Below are positions 1 through 14,234 of a stretch of 64,000 bases of DNA, one piece after another (the stretch's first letter is position 1; every line of letters starts with the position of its first letter). Origin of the DNA: Fistulifera solaris (lineage: Eukaryota); the NCBI GenBank assembly GCA_030295235.1, contig AP026169.1, positions 496,001 to 560,000 of the forward strand. Direction: 5' to 3'. Under the pieces are notes generated by a model that did not search any database, was not told the origin of the DNA, and saw only the letters and a list, made by a program, of their open reading frames with translations. The position numbers and the translations under genes are program-made.

Positions 1-766
1 TAAATAATGCTGGAGCGGCGTATGTTTTGCAAAAACACGGTGATGTGTGGACCGAAACGACTATACTCACGCCGATGGATGTGGCGCCCGACGACTTTTT
101 TGGTGGGGTCGTGTCCATTCATGATGATATCATTGTTGTCGGTGCCAGAGGGAAAGATACGACTGCAACGGATTCAGGTGCGGTTTATGTATTTACGCGT
201 GACGCCTTTGATGTATGGACCGAAGAAACCATTTTGACGGCCATGACGGAAAACCACGGATACGGTGTAGCTACCGCCACTGACGGTACAACGATTGTCG
301 TGGGCGCCATTCGCGATGGCACATTAGGTACAAACGCTGGTGCCGTCTTTGTTTATTCTCGTGACAATGGCGACTGGACCCTAGATGCCAAGCTGGTGGC
401 CGGTGATGGAAAAGCGGGCGATCAGTTTGAATTGCTGTTGCCGTTGACGGCAATGTTATTGTAGTAGGTGCCCATTTCGATGACGTCGCAGAGTTATCAA
501 ATGTTGGGTCGGCCTATGTTTTTCGAAAAGTCAACGGTTCTTGGAGCGAAGAGCAAAAGCTCACTGCTTGTGACGGAAGCCCCGGAGATGGATATGGATT
601 TTCTGTGGACGTGGAAGGAGACCAAATTGTTGTGGGTTCTTTCGCCAGTGATATTATGCATCACCTTGGACGAGATGCGGGTGTAGGGTATGTATATAAA
701 TACGACCGTAAACGAAGGAGGCTTCGTTCACGAAGATGTCGGCGAAGGAATTCAGACGGAAACTAA
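1..766 (+). CDS. FG-GAP (integrin-alpha-like beta-propeller) repeat protein, 5'-partial
   Basis: Repeats such as 'DFFGGVVSIHDDIIVVGA...SGAVYVF' and 'YGVATATDGTTIVVGA...AGAVFVY'. After a frameshift near 428 the reading continues 'IAVAVDGNVIVVGAHF...VGSAYVF...DGYGFSVDVEGDQIVVGS' to TAA 764-766. The frame is open to the left edge. Confidence 0.8.
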
Positions 767-784
767 GCTGCTATTAATTTAAAG

Positions 785-1881
785 CTATCTGTATAGTTCA
801 TTCCATGTTCTCAGCTCACTAGAAACGCCTTCACTTCCGGCATGTGTTCGTTGCGTGCGAAGTCGCTCTTGCTCATATGCCGCATCGTCCGTCGGCAGCT
901 CTCGCCGACAATAGGGACATGTATTGTGGGATTTGAGCCACACTAACGCACAAGACTCGTGAAAGATATGCCCGCATTCGGGAAGGCGTAAAATCGTCTG
1001 CGACAACTGAAAATCATCCGTACAAATGACACACTCCTTGGCCTGTTTCTGAATTTTGAACTGACAGAGTAGGGTGCCGAAGGCTGACTGCACGCGTCTA
1101 GAAGCGCACGTGCATCCGCCTGCTTGATCATGACAACCGGAATCGTCAAATTTTCTCGTTCCGCCTCTTTCGTTGAATCTCGCATCACGTACGGCCACGG
1201 TTCCGCGAGATGGTTGCCGATAATGACAGCTTGAGCGCCAGCCTCCTGGGCGACAAGTGCTTTTCTGGCGAAATTTACGCCATCTCCTCGTTCCATGTAC
1301 AGAACGGAACGCTGTTGTCGAAGAGCTTGCTGTGTATTGGCAGATAACTTGTTGCCTTTTGCTGTTTTCGGTTCGGCTATTATAATTGCAGCATCTTCGA
1401 TACAACACGGCTGAGCTGATCCAAATTCACCAGGAATAGCTTCGCATCGAAACACAACACGCTCCGAGTTTCGCAATTCAATCGTCGACGGATGCAAGAA
1501 AAGCGTATTTTCCAACACGATTCGCGGTAATTGTTCCAAAGCTCTTCCCGCTGTGGCTCGCTGATTGGATGCAGGAGTCTGTTGAATGATTTCGCCCCTT
1601 AAAATTTCCAAGGATTCCATCAACTCTTGCTGAGCTTGTTGTGTGTCGACTACACTTTGTTGCACATGTCGCAGCAAATGAGACAAATGTCGTGCATTTT
1701 GACGAACATCTTCGACGAGGTCTTCCGGTACGAGTGAATATGGACTGCGTTGTTGTTGTTGCTGAGTTGCTTGTGCTGGAGGACTCGTGAGAGTCGTGCC
1801 ACAAATCGTGCATATGGAAGGATGATCGTGGCAGACTTCTTGACAAGAGGGACAGTAAATGTTGCCCGCAGGAATCGTCAT
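785..1881 (-). CDS. RING-H2 E3 ubiquitin ligase with N-terminal zinc ribbon and internal PA domain
   Basis: N-terminal YCPSC..CTICG; PA-domain signature 'MERGDGVNFARKALVAQEAGAQAVIIGN..LTIPVVMI'; RING 'CVICTDDF..LPECGHIFHESC..WLKSHNTCPYCRRELPTDD'. Two ORFs are joined by a frameshift near 1050. Confidence 0.85.
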
Positions 1882-2415
1882 GTGAGTTGTATAGTTGGCG
1901 CAGCACGAGATTGTGGAAGAGTATTTTAACAATGTTGTTATCAAATACACAAATGAATGGGAACTATAAAAAAACTTGAGAATAACGCCGTCGTCGCCCG
2001 TAGAGAGCCTGAGAAAACCGCTACGAAAACTAGGTCTTCAGAGCCACCGGCACTCGGCTTCGTCTCAGGTCAGAACGCAAAAGTAACTGAGTATAAGTAC
2101 TTACAAGCGACATCCTTTGGAAGATAAAAGCATCTCTTAACCTATGTAAGAATTGGTATTGGCGATGTAAGTGTCTACGGATTCAATGGCAAAAAGTGGC
2201 TTGAGCAAATTTTAACCCTGCTCACCATCAATTATTATGCTTTGGTACTCCGGAGAAGGAATATAAAAAACTCATAATGAACAATGACACAACAACATGC
2301 TAGCTCACATCAATACATGAAATTAGGAATTTAATTGAGTAACGAACAGTTTATTTGATTATTATTATAAATTCATAATATTTTCATGGGTTATGTGTTT
2401 GGTCGAGCGATCGTT

Positions 2416-4365
2416 TTAAAGCTTCTTTCCTTTGCTTCCTTTGCCACTTTTCTTTCCTTTGCTAGAGGTCTCCTCTTCATCGTCATGCCCGTGATCGTCA
2501 TGGTCGCCATGGCCAGCACCTAACTCACGCTTTCCCTTTCCACTCTCGCTTCCTTTGCTTCCCTTTCCTTTGCTAGAGACCTCTTCTACTTCCTCTTCAT
2601 CATGGTGTCCATGGTCGCGATCGTGTCCGTGGCCAAGTCCGAGCTCGCGCTCTCCCTTTCCGCCCTTTCCAGACTTCTTGCCTCCCTTGCCCTTGCTGGA
2701 AGCCTCTTCCTCGTCGTCATGTCCGTGGTCGCCATGTCCGACACCGAGTTCGCGCTTGCCCTTTCCAGACTTCTTGCCGCCCTTGCCCTTGCTGGAAGCC
2801 TCTTCCTCGTCGTCATGTCCGTGGTCGCCATGTCCGACACCGAGTTCGCGCTTGCCCTTTCCAGACTTCTTGCCACCCTTGCCCTTGCTGGAAGCCTCTT
2901 CCTCGTCGTCATGTCCGTGGTCGCCATGTCCGACACCGAGTTCGCGCTTGCCCTTTCCGGACTTCTTGCCACTCTTGCCCTTGCTGGAAGCCTCTTCCTC
3001 GTCGTCGTGTCCGTGGTCGCCATGTCCGACACCGAGTTCGCGCTTGCCCTTTCCGGACTTCTTGCCGCCCTTGCCCTTGCTGGAAGCCTCTTCCTCGTCG
3101 TCATGTCCGTGGTCGCCATGTCCGACACCGAGTTCGCGCTTGCCCTTTCCGGACTTCTTGCCACCCTTGCCCTTGCTGGAAGCCTCTTCCTCGTCGTCAT
3201 GGCCGTGGTCGCCATGTCCGACACCGAGCTCGCGCTTGCCCTTTCCGGACTTCTTGCCACCCTTGCCCTTGCTGGAAGCCTCTTCCTCGTCGTCGTGTCC
3301 GTGGTCGCCATGTCCGACACCGAGTTCGCGCTTGCCCTTTCCGGACTTCTTGCCGCCCTTGCCCTTGCTGGAAGCCTCTTCCTCGTCGTCATGTCCGTGG
3401 TCGCCATGTCCGACACCGAGTTCTCGCTTGCCCTTTCCAGACTTCTTGCCACCCTTGCCCTTGCTGGAAGCCTCTTCCTCGTCGTCATGTCCGTGGTCGC
3501 CATGTCCGACACCGAGTTCGCGCTTGCCCTTTCCGGACTTCTTGCCACTCTTGCCCTTGCTGGAAGCCTCTTCCTCGTCGTCATGGCAGTGGTCGCCATG
3601 TCCGACACCGAGTTCTCGCTTGCCCTTTCCGGACTTCTTGCCACCCTTGCCCTTGCTGGAAGCCTCTTCCTCGTCGTCATGTCCGTGGTCGCCATGTCCG
3701 ACACCGAGTTCGCGCTTGCCCTTTCCGGACTTCTTGCCACCCTTGCCCTTGCTGGAAGCCTCTTCCTCGTCGTCATGTCCGTGGTCGCCATGTCCGACAC
3801 CGAGTTCGCGCTTGCCCTTTCCGGACTTCTTGCCGCCCTTGCCCTTGCTGGAAGCCTCTTCCTCGTCGTCATGTCCGTGGTCGCCATGTCCGACACCGAG
3901 TTCGCGCTTGCCCTTTCCAGACTTCTTGCCGCCCTTGCCCTTGCTGGAAGCCTCTTCCTCGTCGTCGTGTCCGTGGTCGCCATGTCCGACACCGAGTTCG
4001 CGCTTGCCCTTTCCAGACTTCTTGCCGCCCTTGCCCTTGCTGGAAGCCTCTTCCTCGTCGTCATGTCGGTGGTCGCCATGTCCGACACCGAGTTCGCGCT
4101 TGCCCTTTCCACTCTTGGCTCCCTTTCCTCCCTTTCCTTTGCTGGAGGCAACTTCTTCATCATCCTCATGATGTCCATGATCACGATCATGTCCGTGACC
4201 TAGACCCAACCGTCTGAGACCGCCAGCGTTGATAAGGATGTTTGCGTCAGCCGACTCGACTTGAGAAGCGGACAACTCGGACTTTCCAATTGCACGGATA
4301 GATCCACCAACAATCGCGCACATGACAAGAGCAGCGGATGCGGTTTTAGCGGCAGTGTACTTCAT
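2416..4365 (-). CDS. Secreted His/Asp/Glu- and Lys/Gly-rich repeat polyprotein with RxL sites (silaffin/silacidin-like candidate)
   Basis: Signal-like start MKYTAAKTASAALVMCAIVGG, then 18 units each opened by RRL/REL; core unit RELGVGHGDHGHDDEEEASSKGKGGKKSGKGK. Uninterrupted ORF. Confidence 0.8.
   Translation of the reverse strand: MKYTAAKTASAALVMCAIVGGSIRAIGKSELSASQVESADANILINAGGLRRLGLGHGHDRDHGHHEDDEEVASSKGKGGKGAKSGKGKRELGVGHGDHRHDDEEEASSKGKGGKKSGKGKRELGVGHGDHGHDDEEEASSKGKGGKKSGKGKRELGVGHGDHGHDDEEEASSKGKGGKKSGKGKRELGVGHGDHGHDDEEEASSKGKGGKKSGKGKRELGVGHGDHGHDDEEEASSKGKGGKKSGKGKRELGVGHGDHCHDDEEEASSKGKSGKKSGKGKRELGVGHGDHGHDDEEEASSKGKGGKKSGKGKRELGVGHGDHGHDDEEEASSKGKGGKKSGKGKRELGVGHGDHGHDDEEEASSKGKGGKKSGKGKRELGVGHGDHGHDDEEEASSKGKGGKKSGKGKRELGVGHGDHGHDDEEEASSKGKGGKKSGKGKRELGVGHGDHGHDDEEEASSKGKSGKKSGKGKRELGVGHGDHGHDDEEEASSKGKGGKKSGKGKRELGVGHGDHGHDDEEEASSKGKGGKKSGKGKRELGVGHGDHGHDDEEEASSKGKGGKKSGKGGKGERELGLGHGHDRDHGHHDEEEVEEVSSKGKGSKGSESGKGKRELGAGHGDHDDHGHDDEEETSSKGKKSGKGSKGKKL
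2660..4110. repeat. 96-bp coding tandem repeat, 15 near-identical copies plus 3 diverged flanking units
   Basis: The same text recurs at 2701, 3181 and 3661 (480 bp = 5 x 96). The GACACCGAG core recurs every 96 bp from about 2740 to about 4084. Confidence 0.95.
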
Positions 4366-4454
4366 CTTAGCACACAAGGGAAATTATGTTAGTTACTGAC
4401 GAACAACATTGAACAAAAGCCAACCCCTTAAAGGATCTTAGGTCGAATGCGTAC
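4366..4454 (-). other. Probable 5'-UTR intron ending immediately before the ATG of the repeat protein
   Basis: Minus strand reads AAG|GTACGC...ACTAAC (branch-like)...CTAAG|ATGAAG; 89 nt. Confidence 0.6.
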
Positions 4455-4995
4455 CTTGTTGTTGTTATGAAAGATTTCGTTCAGAGTGTTGAGTGAAAGA
4501 TTTTATGATAGTTGTTGTCAAAGTTCCAAAGATGATTCTACAGAACGAATCGTTCAAGCATTGAGCTAAGAAATTTTTGAATGCACTAAAATTTGTTCGT
4601 ACCTAGCGTTGGATCCCAATTTTTATTGTCGTCTGTCGTGTTTTCACTAGTGTTCTCATTTGTAGTACTTTTGGCCAGAATGTCCAGTACCGGTTCGTCC
4701 ACCCCGCACAAGAAATTATGAACCACTCCAGTTCACAAATTTTATCGGTTGACTGAGTGGCTCTACGACACGCGTAGAAAACGTACCAGAGCAAAATTGT
4801 GTTAACAAGATCTGGAATTTAGAAGCTGGGACTATGGCCAGAATCAAACGCATTTTTCATGCCACGTTAGAAGTTGTCCATCCAAGGGACAATAACTTAC
4901 TTCAGCTATGTACTCAAATGAAACCCTAGATGGTCTTGACTTAGCAATGCAGGCAACGAAACATCGTATATCGCATAAAGAAATACAGGGTATTA

Positions 4996-6471
4996 TTAAA
5001 AGTCACCAATGATAGCTGCTTTCTGCTCTGCTGCATCCCGCTGCTTCCGGCGAATCTCTTTCATCAATGGATTCAAAAAAGTATTTTCAAAGCCCTCAAA
5101 ATAGTCCTTTAGGCTTGTCTGCTTCCAATCCGCGGATGCGTCAAGCTTGATTAGCTCTTGTTCTAATTTAGGTAACGTTGGCACGGTAAATGGATTGAAC
5201 GAGTCCACATTTACTATGGGGACACAAACGCGCCCCGTCTTTGGGTGTACGCAGAATGGCGATTTCAGCAAGTGGTTACGAGCTTTGGATACATTGACAT
5301 CCAGACGAGGATAGCCATGACGAAAGACCATTTCCACGGGCCAGTTCTCAAGTCGGTTTCGCTCTTTGGTTGACATATTCTTGGCGGCTTTGGCTACTCC
5401 TTTCTTGGCAGACAAGAAGGCTGACAAGTGCTCTTTGATTGACTCCCACTTTTCCGCGGGGGTGGTGTTATTGAATTTAGCTGGGGTTGTCCAGTGAGGG
5501 AGAAGTTTCTCGCGAACAGGTGCCGCGGCTTCGGGCAATTCATCTAAAAAGGCTTGACAGTTTTCCGGTGTAGCCAAAAGACCGTGCCCGCTTGCCGGTA
5601 GAACTTGATCAATAAACATGGGTTCCAAAAGTTCATAGGCCCGAGCTAACATGGGATGGAGTGGATGGGCAAGTTGAACTTCCTTGTTATTCTCCGAGCC
5701 CAGGTTCACCTTTTAAAAAGACGATCACCAAGGTATCAAGTTTAAGATTAGCAACAATGTTAGCAGCTTCCTGTATATTACAACACGACTCACCTCAAAA
5801 TACCCCGCAATGGCATGTCGCGCTTCGTCCGTCAGAGATTTCGCCACTTCATCGCAAACCCACGCGTGCACACCACGTCGTCCGGAGTAGAACCAAGCAA
5901 TGTGCTCAAAGCCAAAATCTTCGCGCAATGCCTGATCCATTACCTTCACCGCCATGGGCATGAAACCCCAGCAAACGCGACAGATTTGAGCTCCCGTGCA
6001 GCCGCACTTGCGTACGCCGTCGTAATCGGTCAAATCGACATCAAAGACGAGCTCACGCAGTTCCGGTTTCAGTTGCCCCGCTTGGAGAGTATCTTTTTCT
6101 TTCGGTGAATGCGAGAAAACGGCGCCGATGTCGATCTTTTGGGGCAGCGCTTGACAATCGCTTGCGCCAACTCTTCTTGTGTTGTGAAACTTTGGTAACG
6201 AATGTAGATTTCTTCGTCGGGAACGGGTTCAATCGTGAAAGAAAACTCTCGCTTTGAAAAGACAGAAGTGTTACTTCCGTAGCTGAGCCAGTCGTACAAC
6301 AAGGAAAAGGGAAATAGTCGAGAGTAGTACATTTTCAAGAGTTCCGGGGTGCAAGTCACCGCTTTCGAGGCGGGGGGCCGGAGATACGACAGCCGCCTCG
6401 ACCGAAGCCGTATTTGGAACGTCCTCACTTTCATCCTCGGCAAAAGATGTTTCTAATTCCATTTCGGTCAT
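4996..6471 (-). CDS. PRIM1: DNA primase small (catalytic) subunit
   Basis: 'YYSRLFPF..KREFSFT..YIRYQSF', 'ELVFDVDLTDYD', 'FYSGRRGVHAWVCD', 'YPRLDVNVSK..NHLLKSPFCVHPKTGRVCVP'. Intron 5710-5793 (GTGAGT..AG). About 3 frameshifts (near 6375, 6140, 6075). Confidence 0.95.
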
Positions 6472-7249
6472 GATTTCGTGAAAGATAGGATAAAATTCGA
6501 ACGAAAAGCAACCAGTGGAAACAGAGCCACCGCACCACTCTTTGGACGACGACTTGTCATTTATTTTTTGTGTGAAGAATGATCCTCTCTCGAGCGTGCA
6601 TCTCGCACCGACTTTTTCTACACCAACATTGCGCGGGAAAGCGCGCCGGCGCAGAATTCAAAATTCAGATAGCAAACGAAACGCGCGAAGTGAGGACTGT
6701 AAACGTGAATGGAGGCTCCCTTTTTCATTCCTGTCTCACGTGACTCCGTGTACTGTACCACTGATACCCCCGGAGTCACCCGACAACATGACAACCTATT
6801 GTTTCTCGAAAACTATTACTTTATTAACGTTGATAGACCCACCGTGTATCATCTTATCAGTCACAACCAAGATCTCTTTTCGCAAAAATCTTACATATCC
6901 TATCTTTATAAAGTGCAAGAACATCGTTGTATTTGTCGCATGTTAAAGGCCGGAAATGGCAAATTGTTTGTCCGATCTGCCCCTTAATAATTACGCTGAA
7001 TCTGATTTTTTGAATAAATAAATCACATGCCAAAGCACGACTTGAAACGAGAAGCCTTAAATTGGTTTCACGTTCATAGGAAAGATACACAAGAAATGCA
7101 CAGAAAATCGCTGTGCAGCAAACACAAAACGATGACACTCGTGCGCCCTTAGTGCAGCCGCTGGCCTTGTCTCATGAGATCCAAACGGAACATTCGCGAC
7201 AGAGGAATGCCCGTTTTCACGCAAAAGTTGACAATGTCAGCATAGGATT

Positions 7250-7565
7250 GAGCTCCACTTTGCTGAATCATCTGTCGACGAGTGTGTGTCAGAGGAAATC
7301 ATTCCGATCTACTGCTCGTTCCACTAGCACATACCTCTATCAAAACTTCATCTTGTGAAAGCAGCGATTCCGATACTGGCAGAAACGTCTCTACTTCCAT
7401 GGTGTTTCTTGAGGCATCATCACTATCACGCTTTCGTTTGGCAGCCGGATACGCGGTCATTATTTCGTCGTCCGACACCGTCCGAGGAATGCCGATGCTC
7501 GACATCGGCGGTACGTTCATGCCAGCATGTTCGACCTGTCGGTTGATCATATCATTGCTGGACAT
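7250..7565 (-). CDS. Small hypothetical protein
   Basis: ATG-initiated 88-aa ORF with NLS-like AKRKR; may extend slightly through a frameshift. No recognisable domain. Confidence 0.35.
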
Positions 7566-8093
7566 GCTATTTGTGCAAGGGATGTAGATATTATTGAAAC
7601 AGTTGAAAGAGAAAGAGTGACACGGAAAGGATACGGCGGACTCTTATTTCGCAAAAGATCGGAAAAACGTCGCCGTTGCAAAAATTGGCGAAGTGACCCA
7701 AAACCAAACTCAAAATTCAGCTCAAAATTCAGTAGACAAGTACAATCGCGGTGTGACGTAGATGAACGCGTTCTCCCAAGCTATATGTATGGTGAAGGGA
7801 AGTCTCAAGAGAAGTCGCTCTCTAGCCAGAAAAAGAGATGACGACTATAGCAAATATATCACGCAAGTCCATTAGTAATTAAAATCTTTCTTGCTAGCAT
7901 CCCAATTTAGAAGCTCGTAGTCGATATTGTATAATTGGATTGTGAAGCTATTATGATTGTTTTTGGTTATCTATGGGCGCTCACGTTGCGAGTCAAAGTG
8001 ATACGTCGATATTGGGTGACTAACATTGTTGTGGTTTCTTTTGAATCTTTCCGCTGATGCTCTCACAGAAGATATATCTGGCTCGCACGCAAC

Positions 8094-8294
8094 TTAGGAG
8101 GTCGTGTCATCGGCACCACCCAAGCACTGTCGTTTTGCATCCGGCAAGGAGGCACCGTCGGGCAACTGTCGCACTCTCCCAACGTAAGACATATCCATTT
8201 CTCTGTTCGGGGTTTCGATGGGCATGATGGTGTAGTGGAAACTAGGATCTCCACCTGCTGTTGCCATTGGAGTAAAGTCGGTTGTCCAAGCCAT
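8094..8294 (-). CDS. Small hypothetical protein
   Basis: 66-aa ATG ORF preceded by AAAA; no recognisable domain. Confidence 0.25.
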   Translation of the reverse strand: MAWTTDFTPMATAGGDPSFHYTIMPIETPNREMDMSYVGRVRQLPDGASLPDAKRQCLGGADDTTS

Positions 8295-8818
8295 TTTTAC
8301 TTGTCAGCCGACTTGTCAGCCGACAATCGACTTTCTTGGGCTTCGTTACGAGAAATGGACAAAATCGGTTTTAAAGGCGAAACGAAATGCGAAACGAAAT
8401 GGGACTTTGACACAACAGCAATGGCTGCGCTCGTTCATCGTCAGCGAACTGATCGGCACGACGATCGCGAAGAAATCGCCCATACCTCGTGACTGAAATC
8501 CAGTCATGAATAGCAAACGTTTCAACTTTCAACATCAAAAAATACTAAATGTAGCCCCCCATTGCATTGTTGGTTTCTTAAACACGTATAACGCGTATTG
8601 GAAAATAATTTCACCAAATCAAACTTTAAACGTAACAAGAGCAAAGATGCAACGCAAAATGACTACCAGGTGCGTAAATCTCACGTCTCGTAGGGAAATT
8701 TATCGACTGAGAGGGGGGTACCCGGCTAGATACTGTGTACTTCCGACCTCATCAATTCACAACTCTGTTCTGCATCCAATGGCAAAAAATGTCAAAGGCT
8801 AGGAAGTAATTATGAAAT

Positions 8819-10204
8819 CTATTTAGTGTCGCTAGTCGAATCCTTCACTTTTTGTACAAATGCAGCCAAGCGACCCATTAAATCGTCGACGCCCTCCTTT
8901 TCCTTTGCGCTCATCCACAACAAACGTGCATGTGGCATCACTTCCTTCAGTCTTTGTTCCAATTCCTCTCTCGTAAACTTGACCCGTAGGCCTTCTTCCC
9001 ACTTTTCGCCACTCCCCCTCTTCGTAGGCATCCATTTTATTGACTACCACTACCTGTGGCATTCGTGCGAGTTGACCGGTCCCGTAGGCAACCATTTCGC
9101 GATTGAGCATTTCATAGTCAGCAATCGGGTCGTTAGATGTGGCATCCACCAAGTGCAATATCACATGGCAGCGGTCTACGTGTCGTAGAAATGCGTGTCC
9201 CAGTCCCACTCCTCGTGCGGCGCCTTCAATCAATCCGGGGACATCGCACAAGATCAGTCCCCTGCCGGGCGACGGCGGATTCCACACACCCAAATTGGGA
9301 ACTACCGTCGTGAATGGATAATTGGCAATCTTCGGCTGCGCCCGTGTGACGGCAGCCAGCAGTGTCGACTTTCCTGCATTGGGGACCCCCACCAAGGCAA
9401 CGTCGGCAATGAGTTCCAACGTCAATTCCAAAACTTTACGTTCACCTTTGGTGGGTGGATTGCGCGGTCGTATGACACCTCTCGTGTTGGCGGTCACTCC
9501 GGAACCTTCTCCTCCGACTCCTCCCAGTGCTACCACCAGTTCTTCCTGGGGTACGGAGAGACGACCCATCCTTCGTTGTTCCCCATCTTCCAGCACTTCG
9601 TGTACGACTGTCCCCAGAGGAACACGAATGACCGCATTCGTCCCCGACTTTCCACTCTGAAACGAATACGCCCCGTCTTGTCCGTTTTCGGCCCGCACAA
9701 ACCGCCGCTGGAGACTCGCCAATGTATTCATGGAAGCATCCGCCAGGATTACCACGTGTCCTCCGCGTCCCCCGTTCCCTCCATCCGGTGGTCCCTGTTG
9801 TCCTCCCTTGGTACGTTTGTACGTACTCGCACCTTGTCCCCCACTCCCCGCTTGTACCGTCACCGTGGTCTGATCGAAAAGGAATATTCGTCTTCGGAGG
9901 ACGACGACGACGACGTTGTACTATTGCGGATGTTGTGACGATGGCCCAACGGTACATTGGGTGAAAAGTATGTCGTTTCTTCTGGTTCGACGGATGTATA
10001 TAAAAGAATTGGATTGCGTTGATGATGAATGAAGTGATGAACCGGTGACGTAGGAAGAAAACTCGCGTGTGTCAACGACAGGAACGTCCACAGAGAACAG
10101 AAATAAATCAATGTCGAAACATGCGTTCGGCGCCTTTTCCGACTTCTTCTGTCTTTAAATGCAAACGATGACGAGGATGGCATTGTTTGCATCAGAGGTG
10201 ACAT
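8819..10204 (-). CDS. obg: Obg/CgtA-family GTPase, organelle-targeted
   Basis: Gly-rich Obg fold 'GSGGQG..PDGGNGGRGG', G1 'ADVALVGVPNAGKSTLL', 'KIANYPFTT', 'DVPGLIEGA..GLGHAFLRHV', NKMD. Hydrophobic N-terminal presequence. Frameshifts near 9865 and 9015. Confidence 0.92.
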
Positions 10205-10562
10205 GAAAAGGGACGATCTTGTAGTCTTTTCATTCAAAAATAATAATGAGTCGATGTTGATGTCGGTTGATAATGTTTTTCTCTTTCCTTTTTCGTTTTG
10301 TTGGCGTGTAGGTCTTATCGGATCACGGGCAGGCGAGTATTACTTTCTCGAGTAGTGCTTTCAAACTACTTTAGAGGGTATATATCACAATCGTTCCACG
10401 TGACAATAAAAATCACTCCGACACGAACGTCTTTCGAGAAACGACTTCAACCACCATCAAAAATCATCAACACAAATAACATCGGAAAACTCCATCAAAT
10501 ATTTTGTGTCGTTCATTTCCCTGTTTTTGAAAAAGTCGATCGAAACACTTACTGCAATCAAC

Positions 10563-13382
<2,820 letters not shown>

Positions 13383-13475
13383 ACAGCCATAATAACGACG
13401 ATCAAACTATGTGTTACTTGGCTAAATTCGTTTGTTGAGAAGTAGATAGTTGTTTTTCTTTTTAGTTAGTTTATG

Positions 13476-14234
13476 TCATGGATTCAGTAATTTCCGCTTG
13501 GAGACTTCCTTATTTCCCTTTGGTCGACGCGACGGGATATCTCTTTGGATCAAGTGAGCCTCAATGGCATCCATCTCAGCCAGTTGACGCGCCTTATTCA
13601 CCGCTCCGGCTGATGCTAAAGCGTACATAGCTATGTCATTGTGTTCCAAAACCGACTTTCTTGCGAATTCTGATCTACTTTCCCCACTTAGGATAAAATG
13701 TTCTAGTCCTCTTGAGCTTAGCTCAGAGAAATCGTCAAGCGGGCCCACCCGTTTGGTCGCTTCGGCGATGAGTACGGCTTCTTTGCGCATGGCAAATAAT
13801 TCTTCTTTTGAAAACCAAAGCCAGTTTTTATGCGATTGAGCAATATTTTCAACGAACTTGCCTTCTATTGATCCAAAAGAAACTGTTCGTTTTACTTGGT
13901 GAGCAGGGTCACGGTGTCCGTCTCCACTGCGTGATTGTCCGTTTGACAAACAGCTGCGTGTGCGACAAGGCAGACGTCGAGCAGGGGTAGGCTGAAGGTT
14001 TTTGAGGTTCTGTCCCCGATTGGAGGCAATATATACTTGCTGAAATCCATGTGGAATACGTGTACGTATAATTGGAGCGGTAATATTCTTCGAGCAACTC
14101 TCTGTTGCCGATCGCCGAATGCTGTCCGTTCGTTTCAAAGTGCGTGTCTGGTCTTCAACTGTAGAATGGAGCAGTTTGTCGCCTTTGATGCTTCCTTGAA
14201 GCGAACAAAGACAAGTGCTTTGCAACATTGTCAT
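13476..14234 (-). CDS. Hypothetical protein of a diatom-type family (VSF...WFSxEE...RGLE motifs)
   Basis: 252-aa intact ORF with 'RTVSFG', 'WFSKEELFAMRKEA' and 'SRGLEH'. Confidence 0.6.
   Translation of the reverse strand: MTMLQSTCLCSLQGSIKGDKLLHSTVEDQTRTLKRTDSIRRSATESCSKNITAPIIRTRIPHGFQQVYIASNRGQNLKNLQPTPARRLPCRTRSCLSNGQSRSGDGHRDPAHQVKRTVSFGSIEGKFVENIAQSHKNWLWFSKEELFAMRKEAVLIAEATKRVGPLDDFSELSSRGLEHFILSGESRSEFARKSVLEHNDIAMYALASAGAVNKARQLAEMDAIEAHLIQRDIPSRRPKGNKEVSKRKLLNP

Noticed and set aside
2660..4110. CRISPR-like appearance of the regular array
   Set aside because: Contiguous coding repeats with no unique spacers, no cas genes, and a eukaryotic context.
2555..4203. Three extra >530-aa ORFs overlapping the repeat gene
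   Set aside because: By-products of a 96-bp unit lacking stops in those frames; they start and end with the array.
6515..7138. Short ORFs upstream of primase
   Set aside because: Mostly non-ATG starts, AT-rich, no domain support.
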